DNA from: Pocillopora damicornis
Lineage: Eukaryota
Direction of reading: 5' to 3'
Assembly (NCBI RefSeq): GCF_003704095.1
Contig: NW_020844757.1
Coordinates: 62,001-126,000 of the forward strand
DNA: 64,000 nt
Shown here: in pieces, positions 13,201 through 24,764 of the stretch
Layout: every line of letters begins with the position of its first letter
Position numbering within the stretch: position 1 is the first letter of the stretch
Program-made: the position numbers and the translations under genes
The notes under the pieces: generated by a model
Databases searched by the model: none
Seen by the model: the letters and a program-made list of their open reading frames with translations, nothing else
Told to the model about the DNA's origin: nothing

Positions 13201-16200
13201 TTAAACAAGGTGTTACCTTTAGGAGCAAGTCATGTCTATAAACTGACATTCCAGTATCTTTTCAGGGATTCTTAAAAAGGAATTGCAACAATTACTCCCA
13301 TAATATTAATTCATAACCTTTCCCTCCAGAACCACCCTCCCAAGACTTTTCTCACCTCCTCCCTCAATAGCGCCGAGGTCTTTATTTGTGTCCATGGGTT
13401 CTGCTTCAGATCCATCCATCTGGTCAATTGGTCCTTTTTTGTTATCAAACAAATGTTTCACTCTGTTCTGTGAGACACATGACTTGTTCAAGTTTGGGTA
13501 CCGAGTGGCTGGATTAATACTGTACTCCTCAAAATTCTTGGAGATGTTCTCTGGAGTTGTCTGAGCAAGAAGCCGGAAGATACTGTCTCTTTCTGTGAGC
13601 AGGTCAATGGGTTCCCTTCCCTGTCCCCAACCTCTCATTGTCCAGGCAGCATCAAAACATCCCAAGAAACCTCTTGCACAACCTGAGCCAGTTGGCCAAA
13701 ATGGCTGCAAACAGAGACATGACACAATTAATTAACCAGAAATTCATAATACCAATACCCAAACCTCATTTGCAACTTCTGGACTTCCAAAGTGTGAAAA
13801 ATATTTTTAGCTTATGGAGAAAGAAGCCAAAACACAACATAGGAATTTTAAAACCAACATTAAACAAAACGTGAACATTTTGACTATGCTCCCAAATATC
13901 CTTGCTAGTCTATGAAATACTTGCTCAAACTTTATTTAAGCCAAAGGAGAAGCTGTATATCAGCAAAATTTGAAAGAAATGTTGGCAAAGTTTGAAAAAA
14001 AATTAAGAAAAAATTGTAATCAGGTGCAGGTCAGAGGCTTTTGTGCCTTTTTTATTTTCTCCTTTTCACTCTATGCCCTTGATATGAATCCTTCCTGACC
14101 CATGCTTTCCCGTAGATAAAGAGAAATTATTTTGGGGCTAATATAGGATCATGTCATTTCATCCTACCTCTAATAAGCTGTCTCCTACGACTAATGCTAG
14201 AAGACGTTTTCCCCTCCTTTCATAAATCTTGGCAGCGTGTTCAGAGTGATACAAAGAAGTGAAATCAAACATTGCTACATCTTCCTTGAAGTAGTGATTC
14301 TTTGCAAAGTCTAGTTGAGGTAGCTGGTAGCTTGTGGAAAAGTTTGCAGCTTCTCTTGCATATGCCAGAAGCTTATCATGGTTCACGTTGCTTGTTTGAA
14401 GAAGATCATATGCATCTTGGAAATCCTGTGAATGAAGGTAAAGAATTAGATTTCAAGTTCTTGCAGCAATTAAGTGTGTCACAAAGAAGATATGTAGCTC
14501 CTTGAGTGCTCTCCAAACTCCCCAAGTGCTTCATATCTCAATGAACGCACGCTGACGAATGAACCAGTTGTTTTATAGCATTTTCAACCTGATGGTTTAC
14601 ATGTTGTAAAAGGGTTAATATTCCCTCTGCTACGCTTCAGCCCATTGATAATTTTGTTTCAGGAAAACATTTCGCTAGGCTGTAAACAGCAGTTCTTCCT
14701 CATCAGCTGGCTCACAACTTTCCATGTTTAGCTTAAATTGCCACCAAAGTCTTAACCAGTTTTTTAATAATAAAATTCCAAGTAAAAAATTGCAGAGAAA
14801 ATGTTTTTTCTCAAGGGATTTGTTTGCTGACATCATGAGCATGCACAATGGGAATATGAAGCATGCTCACACAATTGAATTTGATTAGACAAATTTACTA
14901 GCCATGTTATTAATTTATTTTAAATATTAAAGATCATGTTATATCCTGCATTAACAAGATATTGCTGTCAACATTTTCTCAGAGAGATCATGTTTATAAA
15001 ACATAGATTATACTTAGCAGCTTCAAACTAATTAGTTTAATTTATTCTATACAAAACATGTACATTATCAGAAAACTGCATCTTGATAAGCAGTTTGTCA
15101 ATAAGGATTGGTCAGTTTCATTCCACTAGTAAATTTGGGCAATTCTATGCAGTTTTATACAGTTGTATTATTATATTGAATAAGTTATTTACAGGATGCT
15201 GATAGTTACCAATAAATTCTGGTGTAAAGTGAAGTGTATTCTAAGCAAAAAGACCAGCTTTGTGAGGTCATACAACAAAAACAGTCAGACTGCTATGGGC
15301 TAAACACTGAGTTGAGACCACAATTATTTACATAAGGTTTATGCTAGCAATGTGCCTCAGGTTTTCTTTTTAAGGGCTTGATTTAATTAAATAAATGTCT
15401 TTCCATTGTTATCTTTTGGCCCTTTATTGACACTGTTAACAAATTAAAATAATTGTCATAATGAAAGGTTGGATCAATATCAGTATCTGAGCAAATGCCC
15501 ACCTACCCCTCCCCTAACCCAACAACAGTCTATTGATAACAACTCAGGGTTAATTTTAGGTTAGGGGAGGGGTAGGTGGGAAGTTGCCCAGATACTAATA
15601 CTGATCCAAAAGGTTCAGCTGAATTGAATTTAAACAGTGGCTTAACCTAGTTAAAATAATCAGACTATTGTATATGGTGTCATTTCATGTTCAAAATATG
15701 AATGAGATGTAAAGAAAACTCAACAGAGATTTATTTACCAACAATACATGTAACCAAAAAATCCCCTGGGACATGCATTACATGAATAAAAGACTGAAAA
15801 GTTTGAGAGCAGAACTTCCTGTGTTATACACCACACAAACCATGATGCTTTGCAATAAGTTAGAGCTGATAATACACTATTTATTGCTTCCTGGTTCTTA
15901 GTGAACACCACAAACAAGTCATGAAGGTAAAGACAAAGGGTTGTGTTGGCTCAAGGATGCTCAATTGAGCAATTGAGGGGAGACAACTATTAAATGGCTA
16001 AACCTCTGAAAATACTCTTCTAAAGGTAACTTTATTTTTCTAAATTCTGATACCTAGTCTAAACTCACCTTTTTGAGCACCCCTTTCTGAAGTAAACTGT
16101 TCTTCTTTGCACACATCACAAAGTAATGCGTCTCATCTTTGTAGTACACAATGTTCTCAAGGTCAATACCAGTGCTCTCTTTCAAGTCTTGGAAAAACTG

Positions 16201-18601
16201 TTGATTGAAAATGAAAGCAACCCCACTTATCTCCTCAACTCTGGCCTCTTCCTTTGAATTTTTATTCACAAAGTTCACAGTGATACCAATGGCCAGCTTG
16301 CCACGAAATTCCTTTCCTTTAAAACCCTTCAATGCAGCACGCCTGCCATCTGCAGCCACCACAATGTCAAAATCGAATTTATTGAGGTGATGAGAGGGTG
16401 AGTCAAAGTTTCCTCTCCAGCCATGAGCTGAAATTAAAAAACCCATATCAAGCATTATAGAGATGTAAATGACAAAATGATCTCCACAGACAGTTAGCAT
16501 TAAGACAAAATAACTTTTCTCAATGTTTTAAATGTGTAAACCTAATAATTAGTAAATCCACACTACTTAGTTTGGCCAACAGGATCAACACTCTATAAAA
16601 ACAATCAAGGAAGAGGGAGAGGGGTTCTTACTTGAGAAAAAAGTTTGATTTACAAACATGGCAGAGGTCAAACACAATGGGGGCTACAAAGTCAAAAGCA
16701 AGAAAAACAACTGTACTTACCATCTGTTGGCTCCACTAGATTAAGGAATCCACATTTGGCATAAACTTGTACTCCAAGCAAGAGGGACACCTTAAGTAGA
16801 ATAACTTGAAGTCTACGAATACCTGAAATAAGAAATTCCACTCATTGGCATATGATATTAAAATTACTTAATTATGTTGTTTATACATGTCTCTGTATTC
16901 AGAGTATTTCAACCTGCTTAACAAGCACAGATAAGATCTTGTTTAGCCAGGAGATACTCAAAATGTTTCAATAGTGAACTTTGGGTAAATAATATGAATT
17001 TACTTCTCAAGTGGAGAGCACTTGATCACCAACTAAAATGATTCAAAAGTATTGGCACGTTGCCTTCTGATAAAAGGAATGATGATAGACCAGTTATTTT
17101 CCCTCTTTAAATAATTCTTGCATTACTAAAATTTAACAATAAAGAGCTATCCTTATCCAAAAAAGGTTCTAAATTTGTTCAAAAAGCATGCTAAAAATAG
17201 ATTTTTAACCTAAAAATCTGAATTCGACAAAAGGCATTATTATTCATCACTGCAGGAAAAGAGGTGTAGTTAATTTCAAATTGTTTAAATACCAGTGGGA
17301 CAGCATTTTTGTTCCATGCACGGTTTTTAGGATCAGGCTAAGTCATCCTTAGCCAAATAACTGCATTTTGATGAGGAAGAACTGAAAGATATTCATTTCC
17401 TCGTTACTATTTTTGTGCGCTGAATGGTTTGTTGCAACTCTTACACCGATTCGCAAAAAGCCACCTGCAGTCTCTAATTTGTGAAATTAATTCTGACAAT
17501 ACACAAACGGATAATTCATCATGAACCTTCCTATAACGGTCACTTGAGAGATACTCACAAAACAGAAGGAAATACAGAGCTATTTCCTAAAGAATTTATT
17601 TTGAGACGGAACGGCGCTCTATGAGGTTAATTGCCTCGCTTTGGGTTAATTAGAAGAAAAAAATAATTCAGCGTCGTGTTGTCTTCAAAGAAAAATATGT
17701 TTAAGAGTGAAAAACAACTGTGTTTAAGGTTTGAATCCTTTATGATCACTAATGGTTATTGTAGAAGTCATATTTTGTTTCACTACAGAGAATATACATC
17801 TCAACTCTTGTCATGTCACACTGAGGAGAACAGGAGAAGTTATGTAATGTACTGAACCTCATGCGATGCATGATAGAAATCACACGAATTATGACTTAAA
17901 TTGAGCATTAAAAACCAAATGGCGATCATTGCCGGATAGTTAAGAGTCAGTTTGGTTTGATTCGATCGATTTTTTCGGCAATAATTGCTGAACTGTTTTG
18001 TATAATATACTGAAACGATCCATAATTTCTCACGCAAAAATGTACTCTGATATTTGGTAAGTACGTCTAAGATTCCGGAAGTAACAAATATTCAAGGGAA
18101 TAAGGAAAACTACTTACTTATGTGATCGATGGCTCCAGCACAGAACTGTCCGAAAAATTTCTTAGCTCCTAAATTTTTCAAGTCCACAATTAAGAATGGC
18201 CACAGATGAAGGACATTGTTGCGAGAAAAACGATCTCGTTTTTCGATGACAACGACGTAAGCACCGAGCAAAGCGGCTTCAATTGCCGATCTCAATCCAC
18301 ATGGCCCTGCACCGATGATGAGCACTTTATTTTTGACACACGGCTTGTTTCTGTAGTCCTTGTGTTCCGCTCGTTTGTCTAGTTTCGTCCATAGAGACTT
18401 GCACTTCCAAGAAGTTAATTTGGACTTGAGGGAAGCATATAGCGTCTTGTGATTTCGGGGGTTCACGTCGACGCTTTGACAAAGTTTTCGGAAAACGTCT
18501 AGCGTCTCCTGGAGATCGGTAGTTTGAAGAAAGGCATCGAATAGTTCACCCGGCGTCAGAGTGCAGATCTCTTCTTTGAAATAACCATCTTCTTCTTCCA
18601 T
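4208..18601 (-). CDS. MICAL: MICAL family F-actin monooxygenase (MO-CH-LIM-low complexity-bMERB/coiled coil). Approximate exons: 18601-18118, 16822-16721, 16427-16069, 14426-14168, 13705-13318, 12655-12517, 11954-11905, 11805-11664, 11335-11244, 10523-10461, 10256-10119, 9284-9031, 8564-7176, 6897-6785, 6585-6382, 5899-5803, 5348-5275, 5185-5064, 4862-4816, 4227-4208
   Basis: FAD motifs [16 protein letters not shown] and [24 protein letters not shown] domain [44 protein letters not shown] domain CFFC...[17 protein letters not shown]...CHLHY. bMERB-like [29 protein letters not shown]. Canonical GT-AG junctions; internal boundaries may be off by a few bases. Confidence 0.95.
4324..4560. mobile_element. 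Putative TIR DNA transposon/MITE spanning an assembly gap in the last MICAL intron
   Basis: Left end TAGCGTAGGCGAAAAGCGAGG..TCGGGTCGGG; right end reverse-complements to TAGCGGCTGAGCGAAAAGCCGAAG..TCGGGTTGGG (imperfect TIRs); N-run 4381-4480 between them. Confidence 0.5.
8710..8940 (+). mobile_element. tRNA-derived SINE (degenerate) in a MICAL intron
   Basis: A-box-like GCAGTAGTAATG, B-box-like GTTCGATTTC, then a GAGGGTTTTCCC..CTCCGGTTTT body and GAGGAACCAC..GCCACTGCTAA tail resembling anthozoan SINEs. Confidence 0.6.
10827..11036. mobile_element. TTAA-type (piggyBac-like) MITE, degenerate copy
   Basis: ~210 bp; ends ttgaCCCGTTTACTCCC ... GGAGTTAAACGGttaa; internal sequence similar to the other copies in the window. 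Confidence 0.65.
15469..15609. mobile_element. Hairpin MITE (family B, GGATCAATATCAG termini), copy 1
   Basis: Long imperfect inverted repeats TTGGATCAATATCAGTATCTGAGCAA..CCCACCTACCCCTCCCCTAACC / GGTTAGGGGAGGGGTAGGTGGG..CAGATACTAATACTGATCCAA; second copy at 37861. Confidence 0.75.
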
Positions 18602-20719
18602 AGCGCATCAAATACTTGACTCTCGTGAGCTCGGAGGAGTGGTTCGCTCAATAGCTGATACTTGTCAATGCTCCAAATAACTCGAATTATTCACCTTTTA
18701 CCTTTTGAGCGATAGTTTCGACGGGTGCCTTTTCAAGTAAGTTTCTAACTTGAATCATTTCTTCTTGGTTTTAAGCCAAAGATACAAAATTCAAGCGAAA
18801 CATGAGCATAATTTCCATGTCAAACAAGACGTTTATGTAATAAACAAAATTTTAAAGGTAGGGAAGTTTGTCAGCGGTGTCCTCCCAAGAGACTTCCCAC
18901 TCTATTTACATTGTACTTCTTTGCTCTCTCTTTTGTACTTCAAAAACCGGAAGTCACGGGCTTGTCACATCAGAATTATTTGGCAATGAGGCAATGAAGT
19001 GACTTGAATTCGTCATTTGCTTTTATAATTCCTAAGGTTAAGGGTTAATCCCTTATTTGAAGAAGAAAACTATAAATCAAATGCTGTTAAGTGAAAACTA
19101 TTTCATCTCTCTGTTAGCCTCGACCTTTTAAAATCACTCAAGCTTGTGATCATCACATCGAAATCAGCATCCACGACATACATCATTTCCGGTAGCATGT
19201 GAATAACCTAACCATTTTGAAACTACTGATGTAGTTTTCGTGCAATAATCTTTTTTTTGTTGGGAAAAAAAGGTAGCTGACGGTGAGAACCGTCAAAATT
19301 TCAGTTTCGCGAGGATGGCATCCTCTTTGAGAAAGCCTCAATATGTAAATGTTTTTTTCTTATTAAGATACTTTCCAATACATATCAAGCTATGATGTTA
19401 ATTAAAGAGTATCGTTTCGTTAAATATCTTCTGGGCCAGAAAAAAAATTGAACGAAAATATTTTCATTTACCTTGACCTCTATTGCGGCATGCTTCAGCG
19501 AAAGGGCTGCAACAACAGGTCTCGTGATTTAAAGGACAAGAATATCCTTTTCAACTGACCGAGGTGATTACGTGGCTATGTCCTCAGGGCCTTGGGGCAG
19601 TTGATTGTTCCTGAGTCTTAAAATGTTGTTGTGAAGAGTACAAATTTGAGGAGAGGTTTTATTCAGTGTTGAACTACCCCCATTAATATTACACAAGTAC
19701 AAAGAATAGATTTAGTGAATACTTCGGGTCGATAAATCCTAGGTTCTAGCGCTTCAAGTCTTTCTGCTAATTTTATAACTTCGCAATTTCGTTTACAGGA
19801 ACGAAGAACGTGAAATAATTCAGCAACTGAGGAACCGCACGTAACTGCTCTCTGATGATTTCTGAGGTCACTGAACATGCATTTCACTGCAAAAAAAAAA
19901 AATAAATAAAAAAAATGACGGTGCTCAGTTGTGTATGAGGCCGGAGAAACGCATTACCTATGCGAGTTACTTAAATTTACGCCAGTAAAACCTCAAAGTC
20001 TACTTTTATGACGAAAACCATCTGTATAATCTAGGTAATAAATTATTTACAAAACGATTTCTAGGTTCATCTTCCACCCTTTTTCCGTTTTTTTTCTCTT
20101 TCTTTTCATTTCAGACATTATAATATTCATTTCTTCTCCTGCTTTGAGAGTGGAACAAGGCATTTTATTAGTGGTAGTATTTTGAAACTGAAATATCTTG
20201 AGTCCTATATATATGGCAGTTTGAAGTTGCAGTTAGAAGTGCATAAGTTGAACGCAACCTTGATCAAAAAATTATTCAATTTTCTTATCATCTAATTACA
20301 TCACGGGGTGGAACTGAAAAAGAAAAAAGTGACCAATTAATTTCAACTGTTTTAAGACTTTTATCATTTAAGATTAAAAATGATCATACCTGCTCGTGAC
20401 AGAATCCTACCCAGCATGATGAAATAAAGCTTGATAAATAGAGTTATGGTTGATTTTAATTTTATAGCATTTGCACGTGTTTAGGTCGTGTCGGTTCTTA
20501 ATATCCATCTGGTTTCATGCGGGGGATTTTTAATTTCGGTGAACTTATCCGGAAGATTCAGTTTTACAAGGCTGCTGGAGTTGACATAAGTTTTGGACAC
20601 CTTGTATAGATTTTTCAGGTCTTTCTTCAATAGCGAAGTAAAAATGACTGTTGTACCTTGTTACAAAAATTGATGAAACACCTGAATAGTAACATTTTGC
20701 TTCAAGCAAAATGTTACTT

Positions 20720-20812
20720 TAATGAGTCCTCATGGAAACAAAGATTTCTGTGCCTGATTTGCAAAGTTTGCAAATCAGCCATAGAAATCTTTGTTTCCAT
20801 GAGGACTCATTA
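20720..20812. repeat. Near-perfect 93-bp palindrome (46-bp arms, 1-nt spacer, 2 mismatches)
   Basis: TAATGAGTCCTCATGGAAACAAAGATTTCTGTGCCTGATTTGCAAA-G-TTTGCAAATCAGCCATAGAAATCTTTGTTTCCATGAGGACTCATTA. Confidence 0.95.
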
Positions 20813-21150
20813 TCACTGACAAGTTTTTTTTTTACATCAATCTAAATCTCTGTGAACCCACAGTTATCCACTTTCAACCACTTGCGCACAGCTGTCTGCA
20901 AATTTGTTTTGCAACTGAACAAATTGCTTCTTTCAACAGCACTCGATCGATTTAAACACCGAAGATAATTAGTTATTTTGATTCTTTACATTTCGCGTAA
21001 TGAGCTAAGACAGGGTCTTCCTCGTAGGAAATCAGAGAGAGATACACATTACGAGTTGCGGTCAAACTGAATCACCCCAACACCAACAAAAGTTCCTCCT
21101 ATAAATTCAATCAGGGTTCAACTGCTGTTTCGTTTGAGGAAAGCCGAAGA

Positions 21151-22157
21151 ATGGCAGCCGTTTTAAGGTCGATCTTTGGATTCCCCCTGTGTTGCTTTCC
21201 TTGTTTAGGGAAAGCGAAGAAGAATCCAGTGTCACAAGCCAGTGCAGGAATCGGAGATTTGTGTGGTTCATCTGGAGCAGAGGAGAAATGTCCCCTTTTC
21301 AAAATTTTTGATGGATCTTCCTCAAGGTTAGTTTATATTTACCAAAACGATCATGCCAATCATCTCCATCTAAAAAAAGGATTTCATTAATCAAGAGCCT
21401 TGTATTTCTTCTCTTTTATAAAGATTTGAGACTTCAATTCGCGACAATGGTATATTCTTTGGCCAGTTTTGATCTCTATTGACTTCTCTGTAAGCATGGA
21501 AAAATATTCCTGTTCATTGTTGTCTAACGTACAACAAGCTTTAACGTTACAGCAGCCTTTTTGGTCCCCTCTTCTATTGTGGCGCTTTCTACACGCTTTA
21601 GTAGAATTCTCCCAAATCCTATGGAACGTATTTTCGGTCACTTAAATGGAGCTTCCCTGAAAAAACCAAAGATGTTCTCCTTGACTTATTTGAACGCGAA
21701 AATCACTTCAATGATTTGAAGCCACCATTGCAATTTCAGAAAAAAAGAATAATTTATTTTCTAAAATAAGCAGGTAAAGGAATTAATTCTCAATTAATTT
21801 ATATATCAGCCATCGGTGATTTCCTTTATACAAATTCATCGGTTTAACGCTAAAAGATAATAATGTTATTCATTAAATTTTAAATACCACACAGTCGACG
21901 TAAGAATTTGTAACGATAAGGGGAGCACGTACAACCGACGGTGCGTTTTCAACACTTATTTCCCTCCTCAACCAAATAGAAAAGAAATACCAACAACTTC
22001 ACCATGCCACCCTGTCCATGTCGTAACCAGAAAGTTACCATCTGTTCAGGAACAAACTGCATGAATGAATAATGTGCTTTTTATCTCTTTACATAGCGCA
22101 AGTGGTCAGCGGAAAACTCCAACTGGAAAGAAGAAGACGTCCATTCGGGATGTTTGA
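21151..22157 (+). CDS. Putative 78-aa orphan microprotein (exons 21151-21326, 22097-22157; possible 3'UTR intron 22161-22568)
   Basis: TATAAA about 50 nt upstream of ATG (AGAATGG context); AG|GTTAGT donor and ctctttacatag acceptor are phase-compatible, giving MAAVLRSIFGFPLCCFPCLGKAKKNPV...SSSSASGQRKTPTGKKKTSIRDV*. No homology recognised. Confidence 0.4.
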
Positions 22158-23007
22158 GAGGTATCCAAACCAATTGACTTTCAAAGAGTCTTCTTCCTTT
22201 TGATTGCGTGTGGAGGGAGGGAGGGTGGGGAGACATCAACTGTAGATAGTTAGGACGCATGAAGTTACCTCTTTGTCCAGGGTTTTGTCATTTGCCCAGT
22301 GGTTTGTCTGTCGTTAGAAAGTTAGCAATTTTTTTCAAGTTTGTCGTTGCAATTCGTGCTCATCGCCTGCCCTTCAGCCATACTTGTCTTTTGGAAGGTT
22401 AGATATTTCTCGGGTGTTTAGCTACCGTCTCAAACAGTCATTTTATTTCCAGTAAGCAAGCCCCTTCAAAGCCTTCTATGCCAGCACTGGGGCCGAAAGG
22501 TGTTCTTTCTTTTCTTTTCAACAAAATTTCAATGTGACTTAGAAAACGCCTTTGCCTTTCTTTTGCAGGCAATCGTGGCTCAAATTACCTCTATTTGTCA
22601 ATGTTGTCCGACCACGTAGGTCAATGCTTGGACGTTATCCAAATAAATCTAGTACGCTAACATTTATAAATTGGATAGTTAATAGAAAAAAAAGTAAAAT
22701 AGAGCTCTTGTAACGTTAAACATGTCAATAACAAGGAATTCCATTGTCAACAATGAGTACATCGTTTATATAGACCCGTAATCATATAACAAAAGGAAGA
22801 CTTAATTCGACGTTAAATCCGACACATATTAACTGTACAACATGGGTTTAAAACTCTGTGGTCTGTGGGTAGACTTTTGTAAATGTGTAGACATTGCAAA
22901 CAGGACAAAATAAAAAAGGGGCCATATTAGTTCATAGTGAATATTTTATTTGATATGCATTGAATTAATTACAATGACAAAAAAGGGCTCGAGCTTCGAC
23001 AGCCATT

Positions 23008-24630
23008 TCATCGCTCCTCAGTCTCTCCGCATTTCTCCTGAGGATATTTTCTATATTTCTCTTGGTAAGAACTCTTTGCAAAGCATCGAGCAGCAATCAG
23101 GTCACATTTGCACAACAGGCTGCGACATTTGCCATAAATCATATATGACGAAGGCCGGTCTGCAACATTAGATTTGAAAAGGAGTAAAATTGGTGAGTAT
23201 TAGTTTATACTAAAACAAACGATAGCATTGAAGGCACGCTCTGATTGGCTGCTCAAACTCCGAAAATCCTTTTCTATTTACCTCCTGCAGCTGATAATAC
23301 TTGTGAGAAAAAATTCGGACTCCCGCCTTTGCGGTCGTTTGATTTGGTTAACACTCGTGCAATTACAGATTTAACTGGACTCCACACGGTTTTGATACCA
23401 TTACCTCGGTATCAAAAAAAGGTAAAAAAAAAAAAGCAGTTTTACATTTGATTGGTCGAGAGCGTGGTGCGATTTCACTTGACCAATCACAAAACGTAAA
23501 GACGCCAAAGCAATGAAAAACCGAAGAATTTGAGACACGGAATTAAAAGTTGCTGTTCAAGGTTTGATCAAGAGTATGTCAATCCTTAATGTTCTTTTCA
23601 TTTGCTTAAGTTTATTTTCTCCAATTTTTTCCTATAAAAGATGTTCTAATATGAATAAAGGGGATAAGTTTCTAAAGAAACTGTGGTGATGCGTCGGTGG
23701 GAGAGTAAAACAAGGTATCATCAACCGAGGTGATAACGTTATTTGGCCACCATGAGGAGTTTTAAAAGCTGACGTTTCGAGCATTAAATCTTCAACTTAC
23801 TGCATTTCGTTTTTTCACCATCTCCGGTTACTGAATACGACATAAGGTACACTGCCTTCTCGANNNNNNNNNNNNNNNNNNNNNNNNNNNNNNNNNNNNN
23901 NNNNNNNNNNNNNNNNNNNNNNNNNNNNNNNNNNNNNNNNNNNNNNNNNNNNNNNNNNNNNNNNNNNNNNNNNNNNNNNNNNNNNNNNNNNNNNNNNNNN
24001 NNNNNNNNNNNNNNNNNNNNNNNNNNNNNNNNNNNNNNNNNNNNNNNNNNNNNNNNNNNNNNNNNNNNNNNNNNNNNNNNNNNNNNNNNNNNNNNNNNNN
24101 NNNNNNNNNNNNNNNNNNNNNNNNNNNNNNNNNNNNNNNNNNNNNNNNNNNNNNNNNNNNNNNNNNNNNNNNNNNNNNNNNNNNNNNNNNNNNNNNNNNN
24201 NNNNNNNNNNNNNNNNNNNNNNAACAACCAGTCCCTTGGGTCATGTGTTTTATCTCTCCTTGTAGTGATCTAATGATCAATCATTCAAACACCCTTTGAC
24301 TCTTGATTCAAGTTTAGCAACGTGAGTGGTAGACGGTTCTTGCAGTAGCTTCGAACTTAGATCCTCTGTAAGTGAAATTTTATTCGAGTCACATGAAGTA
24401 ATTTATATCCTAAAGACTACCATCTAATATCTTACCCATCGATAATACAGCTGAATCCTTGATGTGCTATGAAATTCTCAATCTTAGCTTGTTACAGCTA
24501 CAACTAGCATAATAAAGGTAAGATACTCGCCCGTCCAAATCATCCACGGGTTTGCCTTCCCCACCAATTCCACACCAGCAGCCATAACCAATGAAATCTT
24601 TAGGATTTCTTTCAGTGAACTTATAAACCA
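23008..24630 (-). CDS. Secreted phospholipase A2 paralog 2, partial and gapped (exons <24630-24531, <23863-23801, 23159-23008); may be a pseudogene
   Basis: VYKFTERNPKDFIGYGCWCGIGGEGKPVDDLD (Ca2+ loop); EKAVYLMSYSVTGDGEKTKC; last exon RPSSYMIYGKCRSLLCKCDLIAARCFAKSSYQEKYRKYPQEKCGETEER*. Exon phases match paralog 1. The catalytic HD and exon 1 fall in N-gaps. Confidence 0.8.
23660..23785. mobile_element. Penelope-like element terminal fragment
   Basis: Reverse strand reads ..GCTCGAAACGTCAGCTTTTAAAACTC..; shares sequence with 43130-43250 and 49581-49680. Confidence 0.45.
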
Positions 24631-24764
24631 NNNNNNNNNNNNNNNNNNNNNNNNNNNNNNNNNNNNNNNNNNNNNNNNNNNNNNNNNNNNNNNNNNNNNN
24701 NNNNNNNNNNNNNNNNNNNNNNNNNNNNNNGTTTTTCTTCCAACTGTACACAACTTGTGTCTTT

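Noticed and set aside
22161-22170. GTATCC donor as a second U12 intron
   Set aside because: Continues AAA rather than TT, and the acceptor has an ordinary polypyrimidine tract without a U12 branch site
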